A DNA stretch of 63,132 nucleotides, from contig DAIRVP010000004.1 in NCBI GenBank assembly GCA_036802765.1, positions 1-63,132 of the forward strand, in the 5' to 3' direction. Below are positions 27,176 to 35,911 of the stretch, in pieces. The position numbers and the translations under genes are program-made. The notes under the pieces are model-generated. The model saw nothing but the letters and a program-made list of their open reading frames with translations. It did not search any database and was not told the origin of the DNA. How positions within the stretch are numbered: position 1 is the stretch's first letter; the number at the start of each line of letters is the position of its first letter. Origin of the DNA: Candidatus Rokuibacteriota bacterium. Its GTDB lineage: Bacteria; Methylomirabilota; Methylomirabilia; Rokubacteriales; CSP1-6.

Positions 27176-28351
27176 GTGATCACTCTCGTGCACAACATCG
27201 GCACACTCGTGAGCGGCGACATCGGCCGGCCGCTCCTGGATGCGGACTCGGTCGTGATTCGCGACGGGAGAATCGCCGCGATCGGGCGCAGCCTCGACGG
27301 CGATGCCGACACCGTCATCGACGCCCGTGGCACGACCGTGATGCCGGGACTGATCGACTCGCACGTGCACCCCGTGTTCGGCGATTTCACGCCACGGCAG
27401 CGCACGGTCGACTTCATCGACTCCGGAATGCACGGCGGCGTGACGACGGCCATCTCGGCCGGCGAAGTGCATCTGCCGGGTCGGCCGAAGGACATCGTCG
27501 GGCTCAAGGCGCTCGCGATCGTCGCCGCGAAGGCCTGGGCGAGCTTTCGGCCGGGCGGGGTCAAGGTTCACGCGGGTGCGCCGATTCTCGAGCTCGGCAT
27601 GACAGAACACGACTTCGCCGAAATGGCCGCCGCCGGCGTGCGGCTGGTCGGCGAGATCGGCCTCGGCTCGGTGAAGACCGGCAAAGACGCGGCGCCGATG
27701 GTGCGGTGGGCCAAGGCGCATGGCATGACGGTGACGATCCACACCGGGGGACCGTCGATCGCCGGCAGCAATCCCATCAACGCCGACGTCGTGCTCGAGG
27801 CGAATCCCGACGTCGTCGGTCACATCAACGGCGGCACGACGTCGATGAGCCCTGCGGAGATCGAACGGCTGGTCGGGACGACGATGGCGCTGGAGATCGT
27901 GCAATGCGGCAACATGAAGACCGCGCTGCACACGCTGCGCGTCGCACGCGACGCGCGGGCGACCCACCGATTGATCGTCGGCAACGACGCGCCGTCCGGG
28001 ACGGGAGTCATTCCGCTCGGCGTGCTGCGCACGCTGAGCCTGCTCGCGGGACTCGGCGGCCTGCCACCCGCGGAAGCGATCGCGTGTGCGACCGGCAACA
28101 CGGCGCGCGTACACCGACTCGACTGCGGAGTGATCGCCGAAGGTCGTGCGGCCGACCTGGTGATCTGCGACGCGCCGACGGGGTCGATCGCCGCCGACGC
28201 GCTGGGCGCGCTGGCGGCCGGGGACTTGCCCGGCATCTCGATGGTGCTCATCGACGGTCGCATCACGATCGGCCGCAGCCGGAACACGCCGCCGGCGGCG
28301 CGCGCGGCGGACGTCGTGAAGGGCCACGGCCCCGCCGGAGCCGGCCACTAG
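27176..28351 (+). CDS. Enamidase-like amidohydrolase
   Basis: Closely resembles the Eubacterium barkeri enamidase as I recall it: NIGxxVSGDI, DSHVH, PRQ, GRPKD, GEIGLG, HTGG, HINGG, EIVQCGN, GNDAPSGTG, SRNTPPA. Confidence 0.85.
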   Translation: MITLVHNIGTLVSGDIGRPLLDADSVVIRDGRIAAIGRSLDGDADTVIDARGTTVMPGLIDSHVHPVFGDFTPRQRTVDFIDSGMHGGVTTAISAGEVHLPGRPKDIVGLKALAIVAAKAWASFRPGGVKVHAGAPILELGMTEHDFAEMAAAGVRLVGEIGLGSVKTGKDAAPMVRWAKAHGMTVTIHTGGPSIAGSNPINADVVLEANPDVVGHINGGTTSMSPAEIERLVGTTMALEIVQCGNMKTALHTLRVARDARATHRLIVGNDAPSGTGVIPLGVLRTLSLLAGLGGLPPAEAIACATGNTARVHRLDCGVIAEGRAADLVICDAPTGSIAADALGALAAGDLPGISMVLIDGRITIGRSRNTPPAARAADVVKGHGPAGAGH

Positions 28352-29589
28352 TGCGCGTGCGGCCGCTGCGCGGCTATCGCGTTGCGATCGATCGCGAGCG
28401 AGACGTCAGCAAAGTCGTCGCGCCGCCCTACGATCAGATCTCTCCCGAGCAGCAAGCGGCGCTCTACGGGATGAGCCCGGCCAACATCGTCCGGGTCTCG
28501 TATCCACGCGACGAGCCCAGCGGCACCGACGACAAGTACGTGCGAGCACGAGCGACGCTCGACCGATGGCTCGCCGAGGGCGTCTGGGAGCGGGAGGTCG
28601 CGGCCGCCGTCTATCCCTATCACCAGACGTACCGTGTCGACGGACGTGAGATCACTCGGGTCGGGCTCGTCGCGCTGGGGCAGGTCACGGACTACGCGCA
28701 TGGCGACGTCCTGCCACACGAGCGAACGCACACCGGTCCCAAGCAGGATCGCATGCGCTTGCTCGAGGCGACGGGCGCCGACATCGGTCTGCTGTTCATG
28801 CTCGTGGCCGACGCGACCGGCGCGCTGCTCGAGGCATCTGCGCCGAGCGGCGAGCCGATCGCCGAGGCGCGAGATCTCAAGGGCGAGCGGCATCGCCTGT
28901 GGCGCGTGACCGATCCCGACGTGACTGCGCGCGTGCAGGCCGCGCTCGCCGCGGCCCGCGTCATCATCGCCGACGGCCACCATCGCTACGAGACGGCAGT
29001 CGAGTATGCGCGCCGCCATCCCGGCGCCGACGACAAGCTGATGGCCTTTTTTAGCGTCGATGCGCCGGGACTGACGATCTTTCCCAACCACCGTCTCGTT
29101 CACAACGTCGAGGATTTTTCGCTCCCGCGGCTCGCGGACGCCGCGCGCCGGTGGTTCGACGTGGCGCCGCTCAGCGATCCGCTCGCGTTTCGACCGACGA
29201 ATCGAAGACTCGGCGTCGTCAGCGCCGACGGCGCCGTGACCCTGGCGCTGCGGGCCGACGCGTTCGACGCGCTGCCGTGGCCGGCCGGCACGTCACGGGC
29301 GTGGCGTGAGCTCGCGGTCTCGATCCTGCACGAAGGGATGCTCAAGCCCCTCTGCGGCATCACGGACGCGAAGCTCGATGCCAAAACCCACGTCGACTAC
29401 ACGGCGGAGCAGGCGGAGGCCGTGCGTCTCGCGCGCGCCGGAGACTATCAAGCGGCGTTTCTGATCGCGCCGACGACGCTCGAGGAGCTGCAGGCCGTCG
29501 TGCGCGGCGGCGAAGTCTTGCCGCAGAAGTCCACGCACTTTTATCCCAAGCTGCTCGACGGTTTGGTGTTTTATCGAGTCGGAGACTGA
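28351..29589 (+). CDS. DUF1015 family protein
   Basis: VVAPPYDQI, PHERT, IIADGHHRYET, PQKSTHFYPKL motifs. GTG start overlaps the upstream TAG. Confidence 0.85.
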   Translation: MRVRPLRGYRVAIDRERDVSKVVAPPYDQISPEQQAALYGMSPANIVRVSYPRDEPSGTDDKYVRARATLDRWLAEGVWEREVAAAVYPYHQTYRVDGREITRVGLVALGQVTDYAHGDVLPHERTHTGPKQDRMRLLEATGADIGLLFMLVADATGALLEASAPSGEPIAEARDLKGERHRLWRVTDPDVTARVQAALAAARVIIADGHHRYETAVEYARRHPGADDKLMAFFSVDAPGLTIFPNHRLVHNVEDFSLPRLADAARRWFDVAPLSDPLAFRPTNRRLGVVSADGAVTLALRADAFDALPWPAGTSRAWRELAVSILHEGMLKPLCGITDAKLDAKTHVDYTAEQAEAVRLARAGDYQAAFLIAPTTLEELQAVVRGGEVLPQKSTHFYPKLLDGLVFYRVGD

Positions 29590-29590
29590 C

Positions 29591-30163
29591 ATGGTGAAAA
29601 TCCGGAAGATCGTGACCGTGGTCGAAGAGATCCTCAGCGACGGCGGGCGTGAAGCCAAACGCCCAGTGCGCAAGGCCGCGGCGGTGGTCGTGCTCGAGAA
29701 CCCCTTCGCCGGGCGCTTCGTCGACGACTTGACCCAGCTGATCGACGCCGGCGAGGAGCTGGGCGCCGTGCTGGCGAAGAAGGCGACCGAGGCGCTCGGC
29801 GCGCCCGCGGAGTCCTACGGCAAGGCGGCGATCGTCGGCGAGCACGGCGAATACGAGCACGCGGCGGCGCTGTTGCATCCCAAGCTGGGCGCGCCGCTGC
29901 GCGCCGCCGTGGGCGGCGGCAAAGCCATCATCCCGTCCGCCAAGAAGCTCGGCGGATCGGGCACGGCCATCGACGTGCCGCTGCACTTCAAGGACGCGGC
30001 GTTCGTGCGCAGCCACTACGACGCGATGGAAGTGCGAATTCCCGACGCGCCACGCGCCAACGAAATCGTGTTGGCCATCGTCGTGACCGATGGCGGCCGT
30101 CCGCACCCGCGCGTCGGCGGATTGACGAAGGACGAGGCCAAGAAAGAGGACGGCCAGCGATGA
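29591..30163 (+). CDS. DUF1185 ('amino acid synthesis') family protein
   Basis: IRKIV, ENPFAG, SYGKAAIVG..GE.EH, VPLHFK...RSHY...DAPRANE motifs. Confidence 0.85.
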   Translation: MVKIRKIVTVVEEILSDGGREAKRPVRKAAAVVVLENPFAGRFVDDLTQLIDAGEELGAVLAKKATEALGAPAESYGKAAIVGEHGEYEHAAALLHPKLGAPLRAAVGGGKAIIPSAKKLGGSGTAIDVPLHFKDAAFVRSHYDAMEVRIPDAPRANEIVLAIVVTDGGRPHPRVGGLTKDEAKKEDGQR

Positions 30164-31152
30164 AGTACGGGCTGCGCATCCCATCGTTCGCATTAGGGCC
30201 GCGGACCGCGATGCTGGAGGAGATGGGGCGCTATCTCCGTCGCGCCGAGGATCTGAAGTTCGAGGCCGCCGTGACGATCGATCATCTCCTCCTCACGCCG
30301 CCGGCGTATGCGACGACGTGGCTCGAGCCGCTGTCGCTGCTGTCCGCGCTGGCTGGCGTGACGCGCACGATCCGCCTCGGGACGATGGTGCTGGTGCTGC
30401 CGCTGCGCAATCCCGTCTACTTCGCCAAGGAGTGGGCGACGCTCGACCTCTTATCGGGTGGCCGATCGATCCTCGGTATCGGTGTCGGCTGGCACGAGGA
30501 CGAGTTCGAGCTGATGGGCGTGCCTTATAAAGAGCGCGGGCCCCGCATGAACGAGGCGATCGAGGCCGTGCGCGCGCTGTGGGCGGGAGACCGCGTCACG
30601 TACCGAGGCCGATTTTATCGTTTCGAGGACCTCACGATCGATCCCAAGCCTGCACAAAGGCCGCATCCGCCCATCTGGATCGGCGGCGGCACGCAGCCGT
30701 CGGAAAAGGTGTACGGCCAGACGGTGGCGAACATCGATCCGGTGCTGCGGCGTATCGCGACGTACGCCGACACGTGGGTGCCGCACTCGTCGGCCACGCC
30801 AGAGATGGTGAAGAGTGACTGGGATAAGGTGCAGCGGTTCGCGAGCGAAGCCGGACGCGATCCCGCGAAGATCGGGCGGGTCTACTCGAATTTCGTCTGG
30901 GTGCTGAAGCCCGGGGAGAAGCCGGAATCGGCGATCCCGCACTTCTCCGTGTACTCGGGCATGAATCTCGACTACTGGAAGACGTATTACCTCCTCGGGA
31001 CGGCGGAAGAAGTGGCCGCGCGGATCAGCGCGCGCATCGCCGCGCTGGACAATGGCGTCGACTGGGTTGTCCTGAACCCGCTCAACTGGGGCCTCGAGCA
31101 GCTGGAGCTCATTGCGGGCGAGGTGCTGCCGCGCGTCCTGGGTGGCAGGTAA
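30160..31152 (+). CDS. LLM-class flavin-dependent oxidoreductase
   Basis: IRLGTMV, GRSILGIGVGW, PKPAQRPHPPIWIGG motifs. Confidence 0.88.
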   Translation: MKYGLRIPSFALGPRTAMLEEMGRYLRRAEDLKFEAAVTIDHLLLTPPAYATTWLEPLSLLSALAGVTRTIRLGTMVLVLPLRNPVYFAKEWATLDLLSGGRSILGIGVGWHEDEFELMGVPYKERGPRMNEAIEAVRALWAGDRVTYRGRFYRFEDLTIDPKPAQRPHPPIWIGGGTQPSEKVYGQTVANIDPVLRRIATYADTWVPHSSATPEMVKSDWDKVQRFASEAGRDPAKIGRVYSNFVWVLKPGEKPESAIPHFSVYSGMNLDYWKTYYLLGTAEEVAARISARIAALDNGVDWVVLNPLNWGLEQLELIAGEVLPRVLGGR

Positions 31153-33455
31153 TCCGCTACACCGGCGCGCGCGTCAAGCGCATCGAAGACCCGCGGCTGC
31201 TGCGCGGCCAAGGGCGGTTCATCGACGACATCGTGTTGCCGCGTATGCTGCACGCGGCGTTCGTCCGAAGCCCGCACGCCCACGCGGTGGTCCGGCGCAT
31301 CGATGGTGCGCATGCGCGGGAGATCGAGGAGGTCGTGGCTGTGCTCGGCGCCGACGACCTCGAAGCGCAGGCGCTCGCGCCGCGGGTGAGCGGTGGAGGC
31401 TTCACGCCGACAGCATGGCCGGCCCTTGCGCGCGAGCCGTGGTTCTGCGGCGAGGCGGTGGCGGTGGTCGTCGCCACGTCGGCGTACGCGGCCGCGGATG
31501 CAGTTGAGCGCGTGCGCGTGGAGTACGACACGCGGCCTGCATGCGTCACGCTCGAGCAAGCGTTGCGCGACGAGGTCGTGCTCTTCCGCCGTGCGCATCG
31601 GCGTGGTGACGTCGAGGCCGCGTTCGCGTCAGCGCCGGTGGTGGTTCGCGAGACGTTCACGCACGGACGCCTGACCGCGGCACCGCTAGAGTCGCGCGGC
31701 CTCGTTGCCGACTGGGACGGCGAGACGCTCACGATCTGGGCATCGACGCAGGCGCCGGGCATCATGCGCGGGGCGCTCGCGGCCACGCTGGGGCTGTCCG
31801 AGGCGTCCGTACAGGTGATTGCGCCGGACGTCGGCGGTGGGTTCGGCCTCAAGATGCACGTCTTCCCGGAGGACGTTGCTATCGCGGCCCTCGCGCGGCG
31901 TCTGGGTCGTCCGGTGAAGTGGATCGAGACGCGCCGCGAGAACCTCACGGCGGCGTCACAGGCGCGTGAGCAGCACGTGGAGGCCGAGGTCGCGGCGGAC
32001 GCCGCCGGCCGGCTCCTCGCCCTGCGCTCCCGCGTCATCTCGGATGCGGGCGCATATCACATCTACCCGCTGACTGCGATGCTCGAGCCCCTCGGCACGG
32101 CGACGATCCTGCCCGGACCCTACGTGACGCCGGTGTACGCGTTCGAGGCGATCGCGGTGAAGACGCACAAGCCGCCGCTCGGCGCGTACCGCGGTGTCGG
32201 CATGACGATGGGCGCCTTCGTCATGGAACGCCTGCTCGACCTCGTGGCCGCGCGGCTCGAGCTGGATCCGGCCGAGGTGCGCCGTCGGAACCTCATTCCG
32301 CGGGAGGCCTACCCCCATCTCTCGCCGAGCGGCATGCGCTATGACAGCGGCGATTTTCCCAAGGCGCTCGAGCAAGCGCTGGCCGCCGTCGACTACGACG
32401 CTCTGCGCTCGGCTCAGCGCGAAGCGCGCCGGCACGGAAAACTCGTCGGCATCGGCCTCGCGTGCTACACGGAATACACGGGCATGGGCTCCGACGTCTA
32501 TCGCGGGCGCGGCATGGACGACGTGTCGGGCATCGAGGCGGCCAGCGTGCGTGTCGAGCCGGACGGCGGCGTGCGCTGCGCGACGAGTTTTCCTTCGCAG
32601 GGGCAGGGCCACGCGACGACGATCGCCCAGATCGTGGCTGATCGGCTTGGCGTGGCGTTCGAGCGCATTCGCGTCGAGCCAAGCGACACGCGCGTGGCGC
32701 CGCTCGGCAGCGGAACGTTCGGCAGCCGTGGCGCGGTCTCGATCGGCGGCACCGTGACGGCGGCGGTCGAACGGCTGCGCCCGAGGATCCAGCGGCTCGC
32801 CGCGCATCTGCTCGAAGCGTCGCCGGTGGATGTCGTGCTGGAAGAGGGCCGCGCCTACGTCCGCGGCTTTCCCCAGCGCGCGGTGACGCTGACCGAGGTC
32901 GCTCGCGTGGCGTATGCGCCGCCGGGCGGGTTGGCGTCAGACTTCGAGCCCGGCCTCGAAGCCACCGTCTACTTCGATCCCCCGGGGCCGACGTTCTCCG
33001 GCGCCGTCCACGTGGCCGTGGTCGAGATCGATCCCGACACGGGGCGCGTCAGCATTCCACGGTACGTGGTCGTCGAAGACTGCGGCCCCGTGCTGAATCC
33101 GACGATCGTCGAGGGACAGATTCACGGCGCCGTCGCCCAGGGAATCGGGGAGGCGCTCTTCGAGCGCGTCGCGCACGACGACGCGGGCCAGGTCCTCAGC
33201 GGCACGCTGATGGATTACGCGCTGCCGAAGGCGAGTGATGTGCCCTCGTTCGGCATCGGTCACCTCGAGACTCCATCGCCGACGATGCCCGGCGGCGTCA
33301 AAGGGATGGGAGAGGGCGGGACGATCGGCGCGCCGGCCGCGGTGGCCAACGCCGTCGCCGATGCCGTCGCGCCGTTGGGGCTTTCGATCACCGCGCTGCC
33401 CATCGATGCCGAGCGGCTCGCGCGGCTGCCGCGTCCTCCACAGAGAAAGGTCTGA
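31149..33455 (+). CDS. Xanthine dehydrogenase/CoxL-family molybdopterin-binding subunit
   Basis: KRIEDPRLL, RSPHAHA, GGGFGLK, AYRGVG, QGQGH, GTFGSR, QIHG, KGMGEGG. The conserved N-terminus begins about 31152 but the first canonical start is GTG 31233. Confidence 0.9.
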   Translation, partial: VIRYTGARVKRIEDPRLLRGQGRFIDDIVLPRMLHAAFVRSPHAHAVVRRIDGAHAREIEEVVAVLGADDLEAQALAPRVSGGGFTPTAWPALAREPWFCGEAVAVVVATSAYAAADAVERVRVEYDTRPACVTLEQALRDEVVLFRRAHRRGDVEAAFASAPVVVRETFTHGRLTAAPLESRGLVADWDGETLTIWASTQAPGIMRGALAATLGLSEASVQVIAPDVGGGFGLKMHVFPEDVAIAALARRLGRPVKWIETRRENLTAASQAREQHVEAEVAADAAGRLLALRSRVISDAGAYHIYPLTAMLEPLGTATILPGPYVTPVYAFEAIAVKTHKPPLGAYRGVGMTMGAFVMERLLDLVAARLELDPAEVRRRNLIPREAYPHLSPSGMRYDSGDFPKALEQALAAVDYDALRSAQREARRHGKLVGIGLACYTEYTGMGSDVYRGRGMDDVSGIEAASVRVEPDGGVRCATSFPSQGQGHATTIAQIVADRLGVAFERIRVEPSDTRVAPLGSGTFGSRGAVSIGGTVTAAVERLRPRIQRLAAHLLEASPVDVVLEEGRAYVRGFPQRAVTLTEVARVAYAPPGGLASDFEPGLEATVYFDPPGPTFSGAVHVAVVEIDPDTGRVSIPRYVVVEDCGPVLNPTIVEGQIHGAVAQGIGEALFERVAHDDAGQVLSGTLMDYALPKASDVPSFGIGHLETPSPTMPGGVKGMGEGGTIGAPAAVANAVADAVAPLGLSITALPIDAERLARLPRPPQRKV

Positions 33456-33461
33456 TCGCTC

Positions 33462-35138
33462 ATGGGCAAGCAAGATCTCGAGATCGCGCGCACGGTGACC
33501 CTCAAGCCGATCCATGAGATTGCGGGCGCGGTGGGCCTGGCTCCGGACGAGCTCGAGCCGTACGGGCGTTTCAAGGCAAAGATCGCGTGGGATGCCATCG
33601 CGCGGCGTCGTGATCATCCCGACGGTGTGCTGGTGCTCGTGACCGCGATGACGCCGACCCCGGCCGGCGAGGGCAAATCGACGACCACCGTCGGCCTCGC
33701 CGACGGGCTGCGGCGGCTGGGCAGGCGCGCGGTTGTCGCGCTGCGCGAGCCGTCGCTGGGTCCCGTGTTCGGCATGAAGGGTGGCGCGACGGGTGGCGGT
33801 CACGCGCAGCTCGCGCCGATGGAAGACATCAATCTGCACTTCACCGGTGACATGCATGCCATCGGCGCGGCGCACAATCTGCTGGCCGCGATGCTCGACA
33901 ACCACCTCGCGCAGGGCAACACGCTCGGCGTCGACACGCGCCGCGTGCTGTTCAAGCGCGTGGTGGACATGAACGACCGGGCCCTTCGGAACATCGTGCT
34001 CGGGCTCGGTGGTCCCGCGCACGGTGTCCCGCGAGAGGGCGGCTTCGAGATCACGGTGGCGTCGGAGGTGATGGCAATCCTGTGCCTGTCCACCGATCTC
34101 GCCGATTTCAAGGCGCGAGCGGGACGCGTGGTCGTCGCGGAGACCGCCGATGGCGCGCCCGTGACCGCGGCCGACCTGCGCGCCGCGGGCGCGATGGCAG
34201 TCCTCATGAAGGACGCGATCAAGCCGAACCTGGTACAGACGCTCGAGGGTACGCCCGCGCTGGTGCATGGCGGTCCGTTCGGCAACATCGCCCACGGCTG
34301 CAACTCCGTGATCGCGACGCGGCTGGCGCTCAAGCTCGGCGACGTTGTCGTCACCGAGGCGGGATTCGCGAGCGATCTCGGCGCCGAGAAGTTTCTCGAC
34401 ATCAAATGCCGGACGGCCGGGCTCGTGCCGTCGGTGGCCGTCATCGTCGCCACCGTTCGCGCGTTGAAGATGCACGGCGGCGTCGCGCTCACCGAGCTTC
34501 CTGTCGAGGACGTGGCGGCGGTGCGTCGCGGCTGCGACAACCTCGCCAAGCACGTCGAGAACGTGCGCCTCTTCGGTCTGGCGCCGGTGGTGGCCCTCAA
34601 TCATTTCACCGGCGACACAGACGCAGAAGTCGCGGCCGTGATCGAGACGTGCCGCGACTGGGGCGTGCCGGCGGAGATTTCACGTGGCTGGGCCGAGGGC
34701 GGCGCCGGCACGACAGAGCTCGCGCAAACGGTCCTCGACGTGGTCAAGGGCGGCGACCGCAGCGCGTTTCGCCTGCTCTATCCGGACGAGTTGCCGCTCG
34801 AGCGGAAGATCGAGACGGTCGCCACGCGCATGTATGGCGCCGACAGTGTTCGTCTGCTGCCCGCTGCGGCACAGAAGCTCGCGCGCTGGCAGACGATGGG
34901 TCACGGGCGTCTACCGGTGTGCATGGCCAAGACACAGAACTCGCTGTCCGACGATCCGAAGAAGACAGGACGCCCACGCGGCTTCAACATCACCGTGCGC
35001 GACGCGCGACTGTGCGCCGGCGCGGGCTTCGTCGTCGCCTACACGGGCGACGTGCTGACGATGCCCGGGCTGCCGAAGGTCCCGGGCGCGGAGGGCATGG
35101 ACGTGGACGCTTCGGGCAACGTCACAGGGCTCTTCTGA
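33462..35138 (+). CDS. fhs: Formate--tetrahydrofolate ligase
   Basis: TPTPAGEGKST, REPSLGP, KGGATGGG, NLHFTGD, HGGPFGNIAHG, TEAGF, CMAKTQ, TMPGLP motifs. Confidence 0.97.
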   Translation: MGKQDLEIARTVTLKPIHEIAGAVGLAPDELEPYGRFKAKIAWDAIARRRDHPDGVLVLVTAMTPTPAGEGKSTTTVGLADGLRRLGRRAVVALREPSLGPVFGMKGGATGGGHAQLAPMEDINLHFTGDMHAIGAAHNLLAAMLDNHLAQGNTLGVDTRRVLFKRVVDMNDRALRNIVLGLGGPAHGVPREGGFEITVASEVMAILCLSTDLADFKARAGRVVVAETADGAPVTAADLRAAGAMAVLMKDAIKPNLVQTLEGTPALVHGGPFGNIAHGCNSVIATRLALKLGDVVVTEAGFASDLGAEKFLDIKCRTAGLVPSVAVIVATVRALKMHGGVALTELPVEDVAAVRRGCDNLAKHVENVRLFGLAPVVALNHFTGDTDAEVAAVIETCRDWGVPAEISRGWAEGGAGTTELAQTVLDVVKGGDRSAFRLLYPDELPLERKIETVATRMYGADSVRLLPAAAQKLARWQTMGHGRLPVCMAKTQNSLSDDPKKTGRPRGFNITVRDARLCAGAGFVVAYTGDVLTMPGLPKVPGAEGMDVDASGNVTGLF

Positions 35139-35140
35139 CG

Positions 35141-35905
35141 ATGCCTCGCGTGTGCGGATTGTGGCGAACGGCGATCGCCCTGATCGTCGTCGCCGCAAGC
35201 CTCAGCGGCTGCGAGCAAAGTCCACCGTCGTCGGCGCCGCGTGCCTCGACGTCGGAGTCGAAGACCGCGGCTGCTCTGAAGGCGCGCGGCGACGAGTTGA
35301 GCCAGCGTGGTGAGTACGAGGCGGCGCTCGCGGTCTACGAGGAGGCGTTGCGCCAGGAGCCGAACGACGTCGCCCTGCGGTATGCCCTCGCGACCACGCT
35401 GGCGTCGCTCACCCGGCGCGCGGAGGCAATAGAGGCTTTCAGGTGGGTCGCCACGAATGGCTTGCCGAATTCAGACCTCGTCGACCGCGCGGAGACCTGG
35501 CTGCGGGCCGAAGGCGCGCTCGGTACGACGGCCACGATCACCACGCCGACGGAGCCGGCGGCCGACAAGGCGGCGGACCGGCTCGAAACCGACAGTCGAC
35601 TCCGTGGTCACATCACGTGGTCGAAGGTCGATCCCTCACGGCCGGCGCCGCGCGTGCACCTTCGGCTCGAAGGCACCGACCCGAGCAACAAGGGCCTCGT
35701 CTACAACGCGGTCGGCTCGCTCAACGGCGACTACGAGTTCGCATCGGTGCAGCCGGGCGCGTATCGGCTCACGGCGCAGTCGCCGTTGAACGCGGCGCGT
35801 CTGTGGGAAATGAACGTCACGGTGTACGACGGCGGTCCGACCGTCCTCGATCTCAGCGAAACGACGAGTCTCTCGCCGACGACGTCTTTCGTCACGCCGC
35901 GCTGA
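35141..35905 (+). CDS. Putative lipoprotein: TPR-like helices plus carboxypeptidase-regulatory-like beta-sandwich
   Basis: Signal ending in LSGC, TPR-like GDEL..RGEYEAAL..YEEAL, and a C-terminal NGDYEF..VQPGAYRL motif. Confidence 0.65.
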   Translation: MPRVCGLWRTAIALIVVAASLSGCEQSPPSSAPRASTSESKTAAALKARGDELSQRGEYEAALAVYEEALRQEPNDVALRYALATTLASLTRRAEAIEAFRWVATNGLPNSDLVDRAETWLRAEGALGTTATITTPTEPAADKAADRLETDSRLRGHITWSKVDPSRPAPRVHLRLEGTDPSNKGLVYNAVGSLNGDYEFASVQPGAYRLTAQSPLNAARLWEMNVTVYDGGPTVLDLSETTSLSPTTSFVTPR

Positions 35906-35911
35906 GCGGCG

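Noticed and set aside
31149-33455. Aerobic CO dehydrogenase (form I CoxL)
   Set aside because: The active-site loop is AYRGVG, not AYxCSFR, and there are no coxM/coxS or accessory genes.
33462-35138. Wood-Ljungdahl acetogenesis inferred from fhs
   Set aside because: Fhs alone is widespread in C1 salvage; there are no acs, cdh or metF genes in the window.
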